DNA of 60,038 bases, the filler included, from Barthelona sp. PAP020 (Eukaryota): the NCBI GenBank assembly GCA_040182905.1. It is 2 parts of 2 records of this genome, joined end to end, with 100 filler letters (N's around TTAATTAATTAA, not from the genome) between each part and the next. Parts side by side here need not be neighbours in the genome. Positions count along the whole stretch, not along the records: positions 30,443 to 60,038 come from JARQWU010000116.1; 1 more part is not named here. One strand, given 5' to 3'. Below the pieces are notes generated by a model that was not told the origin of the DNA, made no database searches, and saw nothing but the letters and a program-made list of their open reading frames with translations. The first letter of the stretch is position 1, and the number at the start of each line of letters is the position of its first letter. A program made the position numbers and the translations under genes. Positions 33,839-43,772 of this stretch are shown in pieces.

Positions 33839-36800
33839 ATGTTTATTAAAAATGTTATTTTAGAAAATTTTCGCAATCATAGTAGTCTTTACATAAGTTT
33901 TGATTCATGGATTAGTATTATTAAGGGAGAAAATGGGTCTGGAAAATCTTCAATATTATTAGGAATAATGATTGCTTTAGGAGCGGAAAAACAGATATCA
34001 AAGGATATAAATATACCATTGTACACATTTATAAAACGAAATGAGACCCAAGCTGTTGTTGAAGTGTGGATGAAACCTGATCTTGAAGTTGATTATGAAA
34101 AAAAATTTGTAGATAGTTTGGAAACACCCGAAGAAGATAAAGTGATGCTTGGCTTTCAAAGAAAAATTACATTAAATAAAAACAAAAAAAGTGGAACGAG
34201 TGAGTTTTATTTTTATGGTGGTGTTGTTTCTGATGACATTCGAGATAATTTGATGTTATTTGATAAAAAAAAATGGGAAAAAAACACAAAAGAACGAATG
34301 TTTCGTATTTTCAAAGAATTACGTTTTCAAGTTGATAATCCGTTGGTGTTTTTGACTCAAGATTATATGAAATCATTATTTAGTTATGAAAGTAGAAAGT
34401 CACGACAAGTTGACTATAAGAAGATGGTATTCGATGCTACGTTGATAACAAAATGTAAGGAAGAATTGGAAAAAACCCAAAAAATGGCGCTTGCTTTGCA
34501 AAGGGATGTTGAAGAAAGTAATAAGGAGATTGAGGAAGTTCATTTAGAAGATTTACGCAAAAAGAAAGAGAAACAACAAAAAATAGAACAATTAGCCTTG
34601 ATTGAGAAGAAATTAGTGGCAGATCATGATTTTATTGCTTGTATTTCTTTTGCAGAAAAGAAAAAGAGGACTTATGAACAACAAGAAAGTGAAAAAGACA
34701 TTTTGAGTGATAAAGTAGCTGAGAATAATGATAAGGCTGAAAAGTATTTTGAAGAAGTAGGTGTTGAAGAAAGTCTTCGAGATCAAATGATTGCCGAATT
34801 AGAAGAAGAAAAACGTGTACATTCAAGGATATATCAAGAAAAACAAATCTTGCTAAATAGACTTGATGATTTGGAAAGATTAAAAAGATCACAAGAACAT
34901 TCTAACAGTCGATATGAGGATAAATTGAAAATTAAAGATAAGTACGAAAGGATTCTTAGTGATTTACGTGCTGAAATGATGCGACTATCTTCGGTGGCTG
35001 CTGATATTGAGTTTGAAAAGCAAATTGAAGAACTTGAAAACGAACGAGCAAATTTGGAAAAAATCCTGAGAGAAAATGAGAATGATTCAATTTCAATTAC
35101 TTTTGATATTGACAAAATTAAGACTTTGCGATCAGATTGCTTTGAATTATTTAAAGAAAAGGATAATACTAAAATGTCACTTAGAACCAGTTTAAATGCC
35201 CAAATCAGTGTTTCAGATGCGTATTTTAAGACATTATCTAGACAATGGAAACAATTCATGGCTGAAATGGACAGAGAACAAATACGTTATGTTGGACCCT
35301 TGGGCAAATATGTTATTGTTAAAAATTTTGAATATTTACAGCCTGTTGCTCACACCATTTCTGGTTTGGATAAGGCATTCATATTCTATGACCATTCTTC
35401 TGCGAATAAGGCGGTTAAAGTCTCTAAACGAATTGAAGGGCTCCATAAGGTTAGAACATTTGTTATTCCTGCAAATCGACCAAGATTCCAATTGTCAACT
35501 AACTTAGATAATCTTCAATGGTGTCCAGTCTTTGACTTAGTTGAAATATCCAATGATGATGTTTGGAATCTTTTGTTGGATCAATCAAGAATAGGCAGAA
35601 GTATATATGTCAAAGAAACGAATTCCAGTGCTGTTTGTGAAAATATTTTGGAAAATGTGCAGAAGCAGCACGGAAACAACCGGTTTATTTTGAGCTACAT
35701 GACAAATGGAGATTGTGTGCAGATGGTTAAAGGGACACTTAGTTTTTCTGTTGGTTCAAACTTTCCCAGACATTTTTTAGCTGTTAAAGGCAATACAGAA
35801 CTTAACCTAAGCAGCAATATAGAAAATTTGGAAAAAGATTTGGAAAATTTGAAAAGGAGGATTGATGAATATAACAAGTCAATAGAAATAGAAAGAGAGA
35901 AAAAAAGAGAATTGGATCAAAAGAATAATGAAATCAACAACAATATTAGGCAAATTCATGAACGTCTGAGGGCAATTGAAACGAATAAAAAAAATAAGCA
36001 GCAAAATATTGATGATATGCTGTTTAATATTCGCAATTATGAGAAAAAAATAGAAAACATAAATAAGACTTTGGAATCAATGGGACAAAGTGATGGTATT
36101 AAGCTTACCAATGAGATTGAGGTGTTAAAGAAGCAAAAAGTTCAAATTGAAACAAAAGAGAGTGAATCAAATCAAAGAATTGATAACCTTGGGCGAGATT
36201 TAGAGGCTCAGAAGGAAAAGTGTTTGATTTTAGGTAAAAACGCTGACAAGTTTGGAGAATTATCTGAAAGATATACTAGGGAACTTGAATCGTTTAATTC
36301 AAAGATTGAAAGATCCAGAGTATTACTGATGAATGGAAGACCACAAAAGTATGACTCTTTTGAAGAGAACAAGTTGTTTGAAGAGATTGAAAACTTAGAG
36401 GAACGTAAAAAAAGTTTGAAAAATTTATCTTCTAGTGTAGAGAATTTCAAGATTGAATTGCAGCAGGAAAATTTATCTGTTGCAAATCTTAATGTGTTGA
36501 AAGAAGACATCGCTAAATTAAAGGCAGAAATTGACAAAAAAAGGAACCAAATCAATAAATCTTCGGTAAATGCTCATAAAATTCTCTCAGTTGTCCAGAA
36601 CATTTTGGAAAATGTGTTGCCTGACCAAATTTCCATCAGAGTGAACAGATTAAGGTTTGAATTTGAAAGATGCTCTGGTCCAAGATATTCTACCACTCTG
36701 GATGCCAAGACCTTGAAACCGTTATTGACAACCTCTACCAACAGTAATAATCAAGGAACCAATGATCAATTGCCTGTTTTTGCTGATTTTGCTTCTGGGG

Positions 36801-37102
36801 GTGAAAGAAGCTATTTGACTGTTTGTTTTCTTGCAAGTGTTTGGAGAATTCTAGACCACCCATTTTTTGCTATTGATGAATTTAACGTCCATACCGATAC
36901 CAGTAATGCTATGACATTGGAAAACATCCTTTTTCGTGGTAATTCATCGGTTGCTTTCCATAAGTTTAGTTATAAAGGTGAAGAAACAAGAAGACAACAT
37001 ATTTTTATTCTTCCTGATGGTGTTGAGAATAGTTATGATGATCTTGAAGATATTAAAGTAATTGATTTGAACAATTTAAGCGTTTTAAATGTAGATGAGT
37101 AA
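33839..37102 (+). CDS. SMC6: structural maintenance of chromosomes protein 6
   Basis: FIKNVILENFRNH, Walker A GENGSGKS, VDNPLVFLTQD, coiled coil-hinge (VGPLGKYV)-coiled coil, signature SGGERSY..VCFL.S.W and Walker B PFFAIDEF. Confidence 0.85.
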   Translation: MFIKNVILENFRNHSSLYISFDSWISIIKGENGSGKSSILLGIMIALGAEKQISKDINIPLYTFIKRNETQAVVEVWMKPDLEVDYEKKFVDSLETPEEDKVMLGFQRKITLNKNKKSGTSEFYFYGGVVSDDIRDNLMLFDKKKWEKNTKERMFRIFKELRFQVDNPLVFLTQDYMKSLFSYESRKSRQVDYKKMVFDATLITKCKEELEKTQKMALALQRDVEESNKEIEEVHLEDLRKKKEKQQKIEQLALIEKKLVADHDFIACISFAEKKKRTYEQQESEKDILSDKVAENNDKAEKYFEEVGVEESLRDQMIAELEEEKRVHSRIYQEKQILLNRLDDLERLKRSQEHSNSRYEDKLKIKDKYERILSDLRAEMMRLSSVAADIEFEKQIEELENERANLEKILRENENDSISITFDIDKIKTLRSDCFELFKEKDNTKMSLRTSLNAQISVSDAYFKTLSRQWKQFMAEMDREQIRYVGPLGKYVIVKNFEYLQPVAHTISGLDKAFIFYDHSSANKAVKVSKRIEGLHKVRTFVIPANRPRFQLSTNLDNLQWCPVFDLVEISNDDVWNLLLDQSRIGRSIYVKETNSSAVCENILENVQKQHGNNRFILSYMTNGDCVQMVKGTLSFSVGSNFPRHFLAVKGNTELNLSSNIENLEKDLENLKRRIDEYNKSIEIEREKKRELDQKNNEINNNIRQIHERLRAIETNKKNKQQNIDDMLFNIRNYEKKIENINKTLESMGQSDGIKLTNEIEVLKKQKVQIETKESESNQRIDNLGRDLEAQKEKCLILGKNADKFGELSERYTRELESFNSKIERSRVLLMNGRPQKYDSFEENKLFEEIENLEERKKSLKNLSSSVENFKIELQQENLSVANLNVLKEDIAKLKAEIDKKRNQINKSSVNAHKILSVVQNILENVLPDQISIRVNRLRFEFERCSGPRYSTTLDAKTLKPLLTTSTNSNNQGTNDQLPVFADFASGGERSYLTVCFLASVWRILDHPFFAIDEFNVHTDTSNAMTLENILFRGNSSVAFHKFSYKGEETRRQHIFILPDGVENSYDDLEDIKVIDLNNLSVLNVDE

Positions 37103-37498
37103 TTTAACGAAGGCAATAAAGTTATGAAGTTCAGTGTGCATTTCAAGTGGTTCCATACATTTATGGAATGGAATAATTTAACACGAAAGCATTTTTGAAA
37201 CATGTGGAATGGATTTTTATGTCATTTGTAGTGTGTAGAAATCTCAAATTTTTCATGTGGTTCTTCCATAAAGATCAAATTTTTTTTATTTTGACATTTC
37301 TCATTCTGTTGTTGACTTTTTAAGAAGGAAAAAGAACATCTGAAAGAACAATCATCAAGGAAAAATTTAAATGCATTATAAACTTTGGTCATTTCATTTT
37401 ACTTCTTTATGATGCATATAAACCTTAATAGTGTCAATTTTTTTTGAAAAAAAAAACAAAAACAAAAAGACTACAAAAATTTACAATAAATTCACATA

Positions 37499-37932
37499 TT
37501 AGCTGTGAATATCACGATATTTATTTAGTATTTGAATAATATCATCCAATTCTGCAGCTTCCAAATCACTCAAAGAAGGAATAACCTCACGAGCTTTTTC
37601 ATTATCCTCAGGCAAATAATTTATCAATTGAGTAACTTCAAAATTATTCAAAGTTTCAGTTTCAACATAAGAACGTAATTCATTTCTAATTTCTTCAACT
37701 TCTTCTTTTGTCCAAGGATTTATTTGATGAATCAAGTCAATCGAACTCCTAAAAAGTAAAAAATTATCAGTAGAAAGGGCTTGATGATCATTAGAAATCA
37801 TTTGATGTCTCTTTTCAATGGCATCAAAAACTTCGGCAATTGTTAAACATTCAGCATCTTTAAAGTTGGCTAAATATTAGCTTAAATTGAAAAAAGATAT
37901 CAACATTCATTTAATTCAAAGGTATTAAACAT
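37499..37932 (-). CDS. RPB4: RNA polymerase II subunit RPB4, 2 exons (37932-37905, 37869-37499), 132 aa
   Basis: HRDC-like C-terminus LNNFEVTQLINYLPEDNEKAREVIPSL. The frame continues upstream as NFKDAECLTIAEV (RPB4 N-terminal motif) and is joined to ATG 37932 by intron 37904-37870. Confidence 0.78.
37870..37904 (-). other. 35-nt intron in RPB4 with GTTGAT donor
   Basis: GTTGAT...AAGCTAATATTTAG; phase 1 restores the frame MFNTFELNES/NFKDAECL. Confidence 0.65.
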
Positions 37933-38023
37933 TGAAAAATAGTCATGAAATAAAAATGAATGAAAAGTTAAAAAATTTTTCCCAACTTTCCATTAAAAAA
38001 AATTTTTTTTTCCGTCAAACCAA

Positions 38024-38711
38024 AGTATGTATTGTATCTTTTCACAACTAATGTATAGTGGCACGTAGACCTGCTCGTTGTTACAGATATATTAAGAACA
38101 AACCTTATCCCAAATCCGATTACCTTCGTGGTGTTCCTGATGCCAGAATTCGTCGTTTTGAAATCGCAAACAAGAAAGCTCACATTGATCACTTCCCTTG
38201 TGCTGTTCATTTGATTTCTCGTGAACGTGAACAAGTTTCTTCTGAAGCTATTGAAGCTGCCCGTATTTGTGCCAACAAATACATGATCACCAAGACTGAT
38301 CGTGAAAAATATCACATTCGTATTCGTGTCCATCCTTATCATATTCTCCGTATCAATAAGATGCTTTCAGTCGCTGGTGCCGATAGACTTCAAACTGGTA
38401 TGCGTGGTGCTTATGGTAAGCCTGTTGGTGTTATTGCTCGTGTTGGAATGGGTTCTCCTCTTGTTTCCATCCGTTGTAAGGATGAACATTGTCATCATGC
38501 TGTTGAAGCTCTTCGTCGTACTCGTATGAAAATCGCTGGTAAGCAAGAAATTATTGTTTCTAGAAATTGGGGTTTCACCAAATTCACCAGAGAAGAATAC
38601 ACCAAGCTTCGTGACTCTAAACAACTTGTTTATCGTGGTAATGATGTCAAGATTGTTTCTAAGCGTGGTCCTCTCATGTCTGTTGACCAATACATTAAAC
38701 AATACTCTTAA
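38024..38711 (+). CDS. RPL10: 60S ribosomal protein L10 (uL16), start codon split by an intron (38024; 38059-38711)
   Basis: [19 protein letters not shown]...[16 protein letters not shown]. No in-frame ATG precedes Ala2 (an in-frame TAA lies at 38049-38051); splicing 38025-38058 creates A|TG. Confidence 0.93.
38025..38058 (+). other. 34-nt intron inside the RPL10 initiation codon
   Basis: GTATGT donor, AACTAAT branch site, GTATAG acceptor. Confidence 0.85.
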
Positions 38712-38909
38712 TTCTGCTTTATGAATTTATAAACGGTATAGCGTGCTATTGTTTTTCATTTTTTGTTTTTGTTCAATGAAAAAATTGGAATTAAAAAAGA
38801 AAATTTTCAAAAAATTATTAGAGCAATTTATTCAAAATGACCTCAAAGATAAAATGATTTGTTTTAAAAAATTAAACGATAAACAAAAATGTACAATAAT
38901 AATTACCAT

Positions 38910-40169
38910 TCAATAATAATAGTTGATCTCCTTTTCTCTTATGGAATATGCAGGTCCAGAGTTTCCAGAAGTCAAATTGTATTGTCCAGGTCCAGGAACA
39001 GCCTCATTGGAAGCTTTTGGAGCATTCTTTCCCTTTAAAGAATAAGAAGGTTGATATTTTCCAACATTATTACTTACATCGTATTTACCAGGACCAGGAA
39101 CAGATTCATTAGATGCTTTAGGTGCATTCTTTCCCTTAAATGAATAGGAAGGTTGATGTTTTCCCAAATTACGATCAAGTTCATATTGTCCGGGACCAGG
39201 AACTCTTTCATTTGAAGCTTTTGGAGTATTCTTTCCCTTGAATGAATATGAAGGTGCACTACCCTTTTTATCAACAGTATACTGCCCAGGACCAGGAGCA
39301 TCAGTCTTTAATGGTTTGTCACCATAACGACTGACAAAAACAGAACCTTTTTCGGTTCTGATAGTACTTTTCAAGTCGTATTTACCAGGACCAGGAACAG
39401 ATTCATTGGAAGCTTTGGGAGCATTCTTTCCCTTCAATGAGAAGGAAGGTGCACTTCCCTTTTTATCAATATCATATTGCCCAGGACCAGGAGCATCAGT
39501 CTTTAATGGTTTGTCGCCATAACGACTGACAAAAACAGAACCTTTTTCGGTTCTGATAGTACTTTTCAAGTCGTATTTACCAGGACCCGGAACAGATTCA
39601 TTGGAAGCTTTGGGAGCATTCTTTCCCTTTAATGAGAAGGAAGGTTGACTTTTTCCAACAGGACTGCTGACATCATATTTACCAGGCCCAGGAACAGATT
39701 CATTAGATGCTTTAGGTGCATTCTTCCCCTTAAATGAATAAGATGGCTTGTTTTTTCCCAAATTACGATCAAGTTCATATTGTCCAGGACCAGGAACTCT
39801 TTCATTTGAAGCTTTTGGAGTATTCTTTCCCTTGAATGAATATGAAGGTTTATTCTTTCCAAAAAGGGCGTCAACGGTATACTTACCAGGACCAGGAACA
39901 GTTTCATTTGATGCTTTAGGTGCAGTTCTGGGACGAATAGAATATTTTGGTAACGCTCTTTTGGTGTCTAAACTTGGTTGATACTTACCTGGACCAGGAG
40001 CATCACTAGCTTTGAGGTTTGAATCAAGTCTTACTCGAATTGAAACTCCTAAAAAATTAGAAAACGAACAAAATCATTGAAAAATACCTTTTTTAGACAA
40101 CGTCGAACCTAAATCATAGTTACCAGGGCCTGGTGTTGATGGTCTTTTCGTAAATACAGGTTGAATCAT
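38910..40169 (-). CDS. SHIPPO/PGP-repeat axonemal protein (ODF3/STPG-like), 2 exons (40169-40088, 40048-38910), 406 aa
   Basis: Repeated PGPG(K/Q/N)Y motifs. The frame is open from 40048 through the track ORF. Upstream exon MIQPVFTKRPSTPGPGNYDLGSTLSKK is joined by intron 40087-40049. Confidence 0.85.
40049..40087 (-). other. 39-nt intron in the SHIPPO-repeat gene
   Basis: GTATTT...TTCTAATTTTTTAG, phase 1. Length is a multiple of 3 but it carries an in-frame TGA. Confidence 0.8.
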
Positions 40170-40251
40170 CAAATTAAAAAATTAAAAAATCAAAAATAAA
40201 TGGGAGCCAAACACATTTTTTCCCAACCTGTTATGAATTGCAATTGAAACA

Positions 40252-43200
40252 ATGCCTCTGGCAAGAAACAAACCAGTTATTGAACGATTTATTACTCGTG
40301 AATTTTTGTGCAATCTTTTTGGAGGTTATTCACCTTTTCAAACAACGTTATTTCAAACGATTATTTTCTTTTCATGTTTAGCCATATGCATTGGAGTATC
40401 TTTAAATATTACAATGATTGGAGAAATCACTTATAGTATGCTTTTTGTTCTTAGTGTAATTATCACTCTTTATTTTTTTATTTTAAGAGTAATAATAAAA
40501 ACGATTTTTCTTTGTTTATCCAAAACGACAAATGAAGAAAAAATTAAAGAAGATACAGTTGATGAAGAAAAAAACTGTGAATCACATTATAAAACGAAAG
40601 AATTAGATTATGAAATCGAGATTACTGATGAATCTCGACAATTATTGGCCAGTCAATTACAGCCTTCTGATATTCCGATGCTTTCTTTATGTCGTGATAC
40701 TTATGAACTGTATCAATCAGTATTATTCCTTGCTGAACAGGGTAGAATATGTAGATCAATGATATCCCATATTTTTACCATCAAAGAAAAGAAAAAAGCA
40801 GGTATGTTTTGTGAAAGAATGGAGTTGCAATCGTTTAGTCTTTATTTTGATAATTGGACTATTACACAGATTTGTTTACAGTCTTTTATTATATTGGGCG
40901 GCGTATTTACTTCTCTTATTGTGATTTCAGCTTATCCTTCAAGTATATATCGAGTTTTGTTAAGTATACCATTAGCTTTTGCTTTGTTTTCTTTTATTTA
41001 TTATCCAAAACCACAAGCATCTGCCTTTGTGACACCAGATCCTTCTACAGTTTATCTTAGAATTGTTGTTTTATTACTTTTAAATCTTATGTGGATAGTT
41101 TCTTTCGACTATTCATACGTTTTGATGGTAATAAGTCTTTTTGAGATAGCAAACCCTTTATTAATTGCTTGCGTTTTTGTTCCACCACTTAAGAGTTTAT
41201 TTGGATACATATTTGAATTGTTGTTGGTGATTGGGTTGGGTTTATCACATGCTTCAACATTTAAACAAAGTTTTTGGAGGTTTTTATGGTGTACTTTTGG
41301 ATTAATCATTACTAACGTTGGTTGTACGTATCTAAGCGTAAGTATTGATTTAAAAGTTGTTATTATTGCTTCAATTGTTCTTATCTTAAACAGTTTCAGC
41401 AGTTCTTTCAATTTAAAGAGAGATTGGTTTGTTCTTTTGACTACTATCAGTGCATTTGCACTTTCTTGGTTTTCTATTGTTCTGAGGAAAATTGAACATC
41501 TCCTTTTCTTACATGCAGGTGTCACCTTTTTTGTTGCATTGTGCATTTGGATTTCTTCATTCAATTCTGATAAGCCAAGAAAAAAAGTAAGCATCATTGG
41601 ACAATTTTTCCAGTTTGTCAATAGCAGATTGATATCCCCTTATTGTTTGTTCTTTGTTATGAATCATTTTGAGAGTAAACTATTGTTTAACAATTCTTTT
41701 GTAGGTGAAACGGTATCGATAGTCTTTTTAGCCAGAGCTCTTCTAGCACCTTTGTTTTTCCCAATATTGGGACCTTCTTGTCTTTTAGTTTCATACTTTT
41801 TATTGACAGTTGATTTTGCTGAAATTGACATTCTAAGCACCTTATCTTTCCCATTGTTTTTATTCATTTGTTCTTATTCAATTCATGCAATCAGTGATTA
41901 TTTGGGGAAGCGCAGATATATCCTTGCCTTTAGAAGATTATCATTAAAGCCTTCATTTGATGGGTTGTTAATGATGATTTTGAGATCGCAGTGGCACTTA
42001 TTTGTGGCTTCTGATGTATTATCTTCGTTATTATTTGCACCATTACTTACTTTTCCATCCGGAAATACCTATTTGTTTCAAACTGCTCCAAGACCATTGA
42101 GATTTTTTGATCATATTGAAGCATATGTTGATAATTCCATTGGAGAGCATTCTACACAGAATTTTGATTTGGAGCTGTATAAACTAGGTGTTAAACATAT
42201 TTCTACAAAATTCAAGGCATGGATTTCAGATGGAACCCTTGGTTTACGTGTTGCTCCTGGTGATTTCTTTTTATTTCATGCAGTGAAACAATCGTATTTG
42301 GTTCAAGTATTAGAACGTGGGTTAAATCACTGGAGTATCCAGATAAGGGTTGCAGAAGCTGTGGGTACAACTTGTCAACAGAGAGAATTGGGCGGAATAG
42401 AAACAATTGTTGCCTTACAGAATAGGAAGGCTTTTTCTTTCTCAACTTTAATGGAAACAGGTTTAATATGTACCAATCTATTGCGTGTTGACGTGCCACT
42501 TCCTACATATTCAGTTTCTCGTTTCATTATTAATCAAACGTTTTTCCTTGATTACACGTCCCATGGTGACTTTTTGATAAATCTCTTACTTAGCATGATG
42601 TTCCTTCAATTAACACCAACTGGATGGAAGCTATTACAAAAGCATGATAGCTTCCCATTGGTACCTAAGTTTTTGAACAAGTTGGATTCGTTCTATGATC
42701 GTTTCAAATTGCCTCCAGAAGGTCAAGTTATTATTGGCAGTTGTCTAGGTGATGTTTCAGGTCCAAATAGTGATCAGATTGATATCAGCATAATCAACAG
42801 GCATTATGGGGCATTTTTGGACTTGATACAAAATGTAACATTAAATTCTGAAGAAACACCATTGGTTGAGGTGGAAGAATGCTTACCATTTGCTTTAACT
42901 GCTTTCACTTCCGTGTTAGAGGTATTCATTCATTTGGTTTCTCAAAGAATCGTCAGCAGTCCCGCGCAATCCAATGACACAGAATTTGGGGTTCAAATAG
43001 GTAAGATGCTTCTTGGTGATCTGGGAGGTCTTGAAAATTATGGAACTTTCTTCAAAGCTGAAAGTTTTCAATCTTTTTTATTGGTAGCTATTCGTCTGGC
43101 ATTCACAGTTCACATGACAATGAATATCTGTTTCGTGCATCCTGGTGAGCTTCCTGAGAGTGATTTTGAAATTTTTGAAGACGCTTGTCAAGAAATTATT

Positions 43201-43557
43201 TTACCTGAAACAAATAAACAATTTCAATCTGATTTCATTGAAAAAGCTAAATCTTTGAATGCAATTAGAGAAGGAACTTTTGATGAAGGTAGAAAACCTA
43301 TACTTCTTCAATATGCATTTAATCAACCTAAATTTACTATCTTTAGGTTGAATGGTAATGCTGTTCGTTCTCAATGGGCATTATCCTTGATGGATGTTAT
43401 TTATTTTCAGAACGAAATGGATGAAAGGGAGAGCATTCAAATGAATTTCCCAACTATGAGGAATTTCTGTAGTTTGACTTCAGATCCTCCAGTTGGTTAT
43501 CCCGCTTATATATCTCCAATCATTTTTTCTTCAAATAAAGATGATATTGATATTTAA
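40252..43557 (+). CDS. pecanex-like membrane protein
   Basis: Multi-TM N-terminal half; PRPLRFFD and IRVAEAVGTTCQQRE; Pecanex_C motifs NGNAVRSQWA...IYFQNEMDERESIQ...SDPPVGYPAYISP. Confidence 0.85.
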   Translation: MPLARNKPVIERFITREFLCNLFGGYSPFQTTLFQTIIFFSCLAICIGVSLNITMIGEITYSMLFVLSVIITLYFFILRVIIKTIFLCLSKTTNEEKIKEDTVDEEKNCESHYKTKELDYEIEITDESRQLLASQLQPSDIPMLSLCRDTYELYQSVLFLAEQGRICRSMISHIFTIKEKKKAGMFCERMELQSFSLYFDNWTITQICLQSFIILGGVFTSLIVISAYPSSIYRVLLSIPLAFALFSFIYYPKPQASAFVTPDPSTVYLRIVVLLLLNLMWIVSFDYSYVLMVISLFEIANPLLIACVFVPPLKSLFGYIFELLLVIGLGLSHASTFKQSFWRFLWCTFGLIITNVGCTYLSVSIDLKVVIIASIVLILNSFSSSFNLKRDWFVLLTTISAFALSWFSIVLRKIEHLLFLHAGVTFFVALCIWISSFNSDKPRKKVSIIGQFFQFVNSRLISPYCLFFVMNHFESKLLFNNSFVGETVSIVFLARALLAPLFFPILGPSCLLVSYFLLTVDFAEIDILSTLSFPLFLFICSYSIHAISDYLGKRRYILAFRRLSLKPSFDGLLMMILRSQWHLFVASDVLSSLLFAPLLTFPSGNTYLFQTAPRPLRFFDHIEAYVDNSIGEHSTQNFDLELYKLGVKHISTKFKAWISDGTLGLRVAPGDFFLFHAVKQSYLVQVLERGLNHWSIQIRVAEAVGTTCQQRELGGIETIVALQNRKAFSFSTLMETGLICTNLLRVDVPLPTYSVSRFIINQTFFLDYTSHGDFLINLLLSMMFLQLTPTGWKLLQKHDSFPLVPKFLNKLDSFYDRFKLPPEGQVIIGSCLGDVSGPNSDQIDISIINRHYGAFLDLIQNVTLNSEETPLVEVEECLPFALTAFTSVLEVFIHLVSQRIVSSPAQSNDTEFGVQIGKMLLGDLGGLENYGTFFKAESFQSFLLVAIRLAFTVHMTMNICFVHPGELPESDFEIFEDACQEIILPETNKQFQSDFIEKAKSLNAIREGTFDEGRKPILLQYAFNQPKFTIFRLNGNAVRSQWALSLMDVIYFQNEMDERESIQMNFPTMRNFCSLTSDPPVGYPAYISPIIFSSNKDDIDI

Positions 43558-43772
43558 TCATTAGTCACACAAATATAGTCAATAAACGTTATTTATTTTA
43601 TTTTTGAAAGAGACCTTGGACATGAGCAAGTCAACAAAAGAAGAAATCAAGAAGATGAAATTTTGAAAAAGGTCACATAAAAAAAGAGAGAGAAACAGAA
43701 TTTTCCCCTCAATCACATTCTTTCTTTTTCTCAAATCTTAAGCTTCAATAAAAAAAATAAACAAAAACAACT

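Noticed and set aside
38910..39981. CRISPR-like array or frameshift in the repetitive 38.9-40.0 kb region
   Set aside because: The repeats are in-frame protein-coding SHIPPO units in one continuous - strand frame; the split in the ORF track reflects start-codon choice only.
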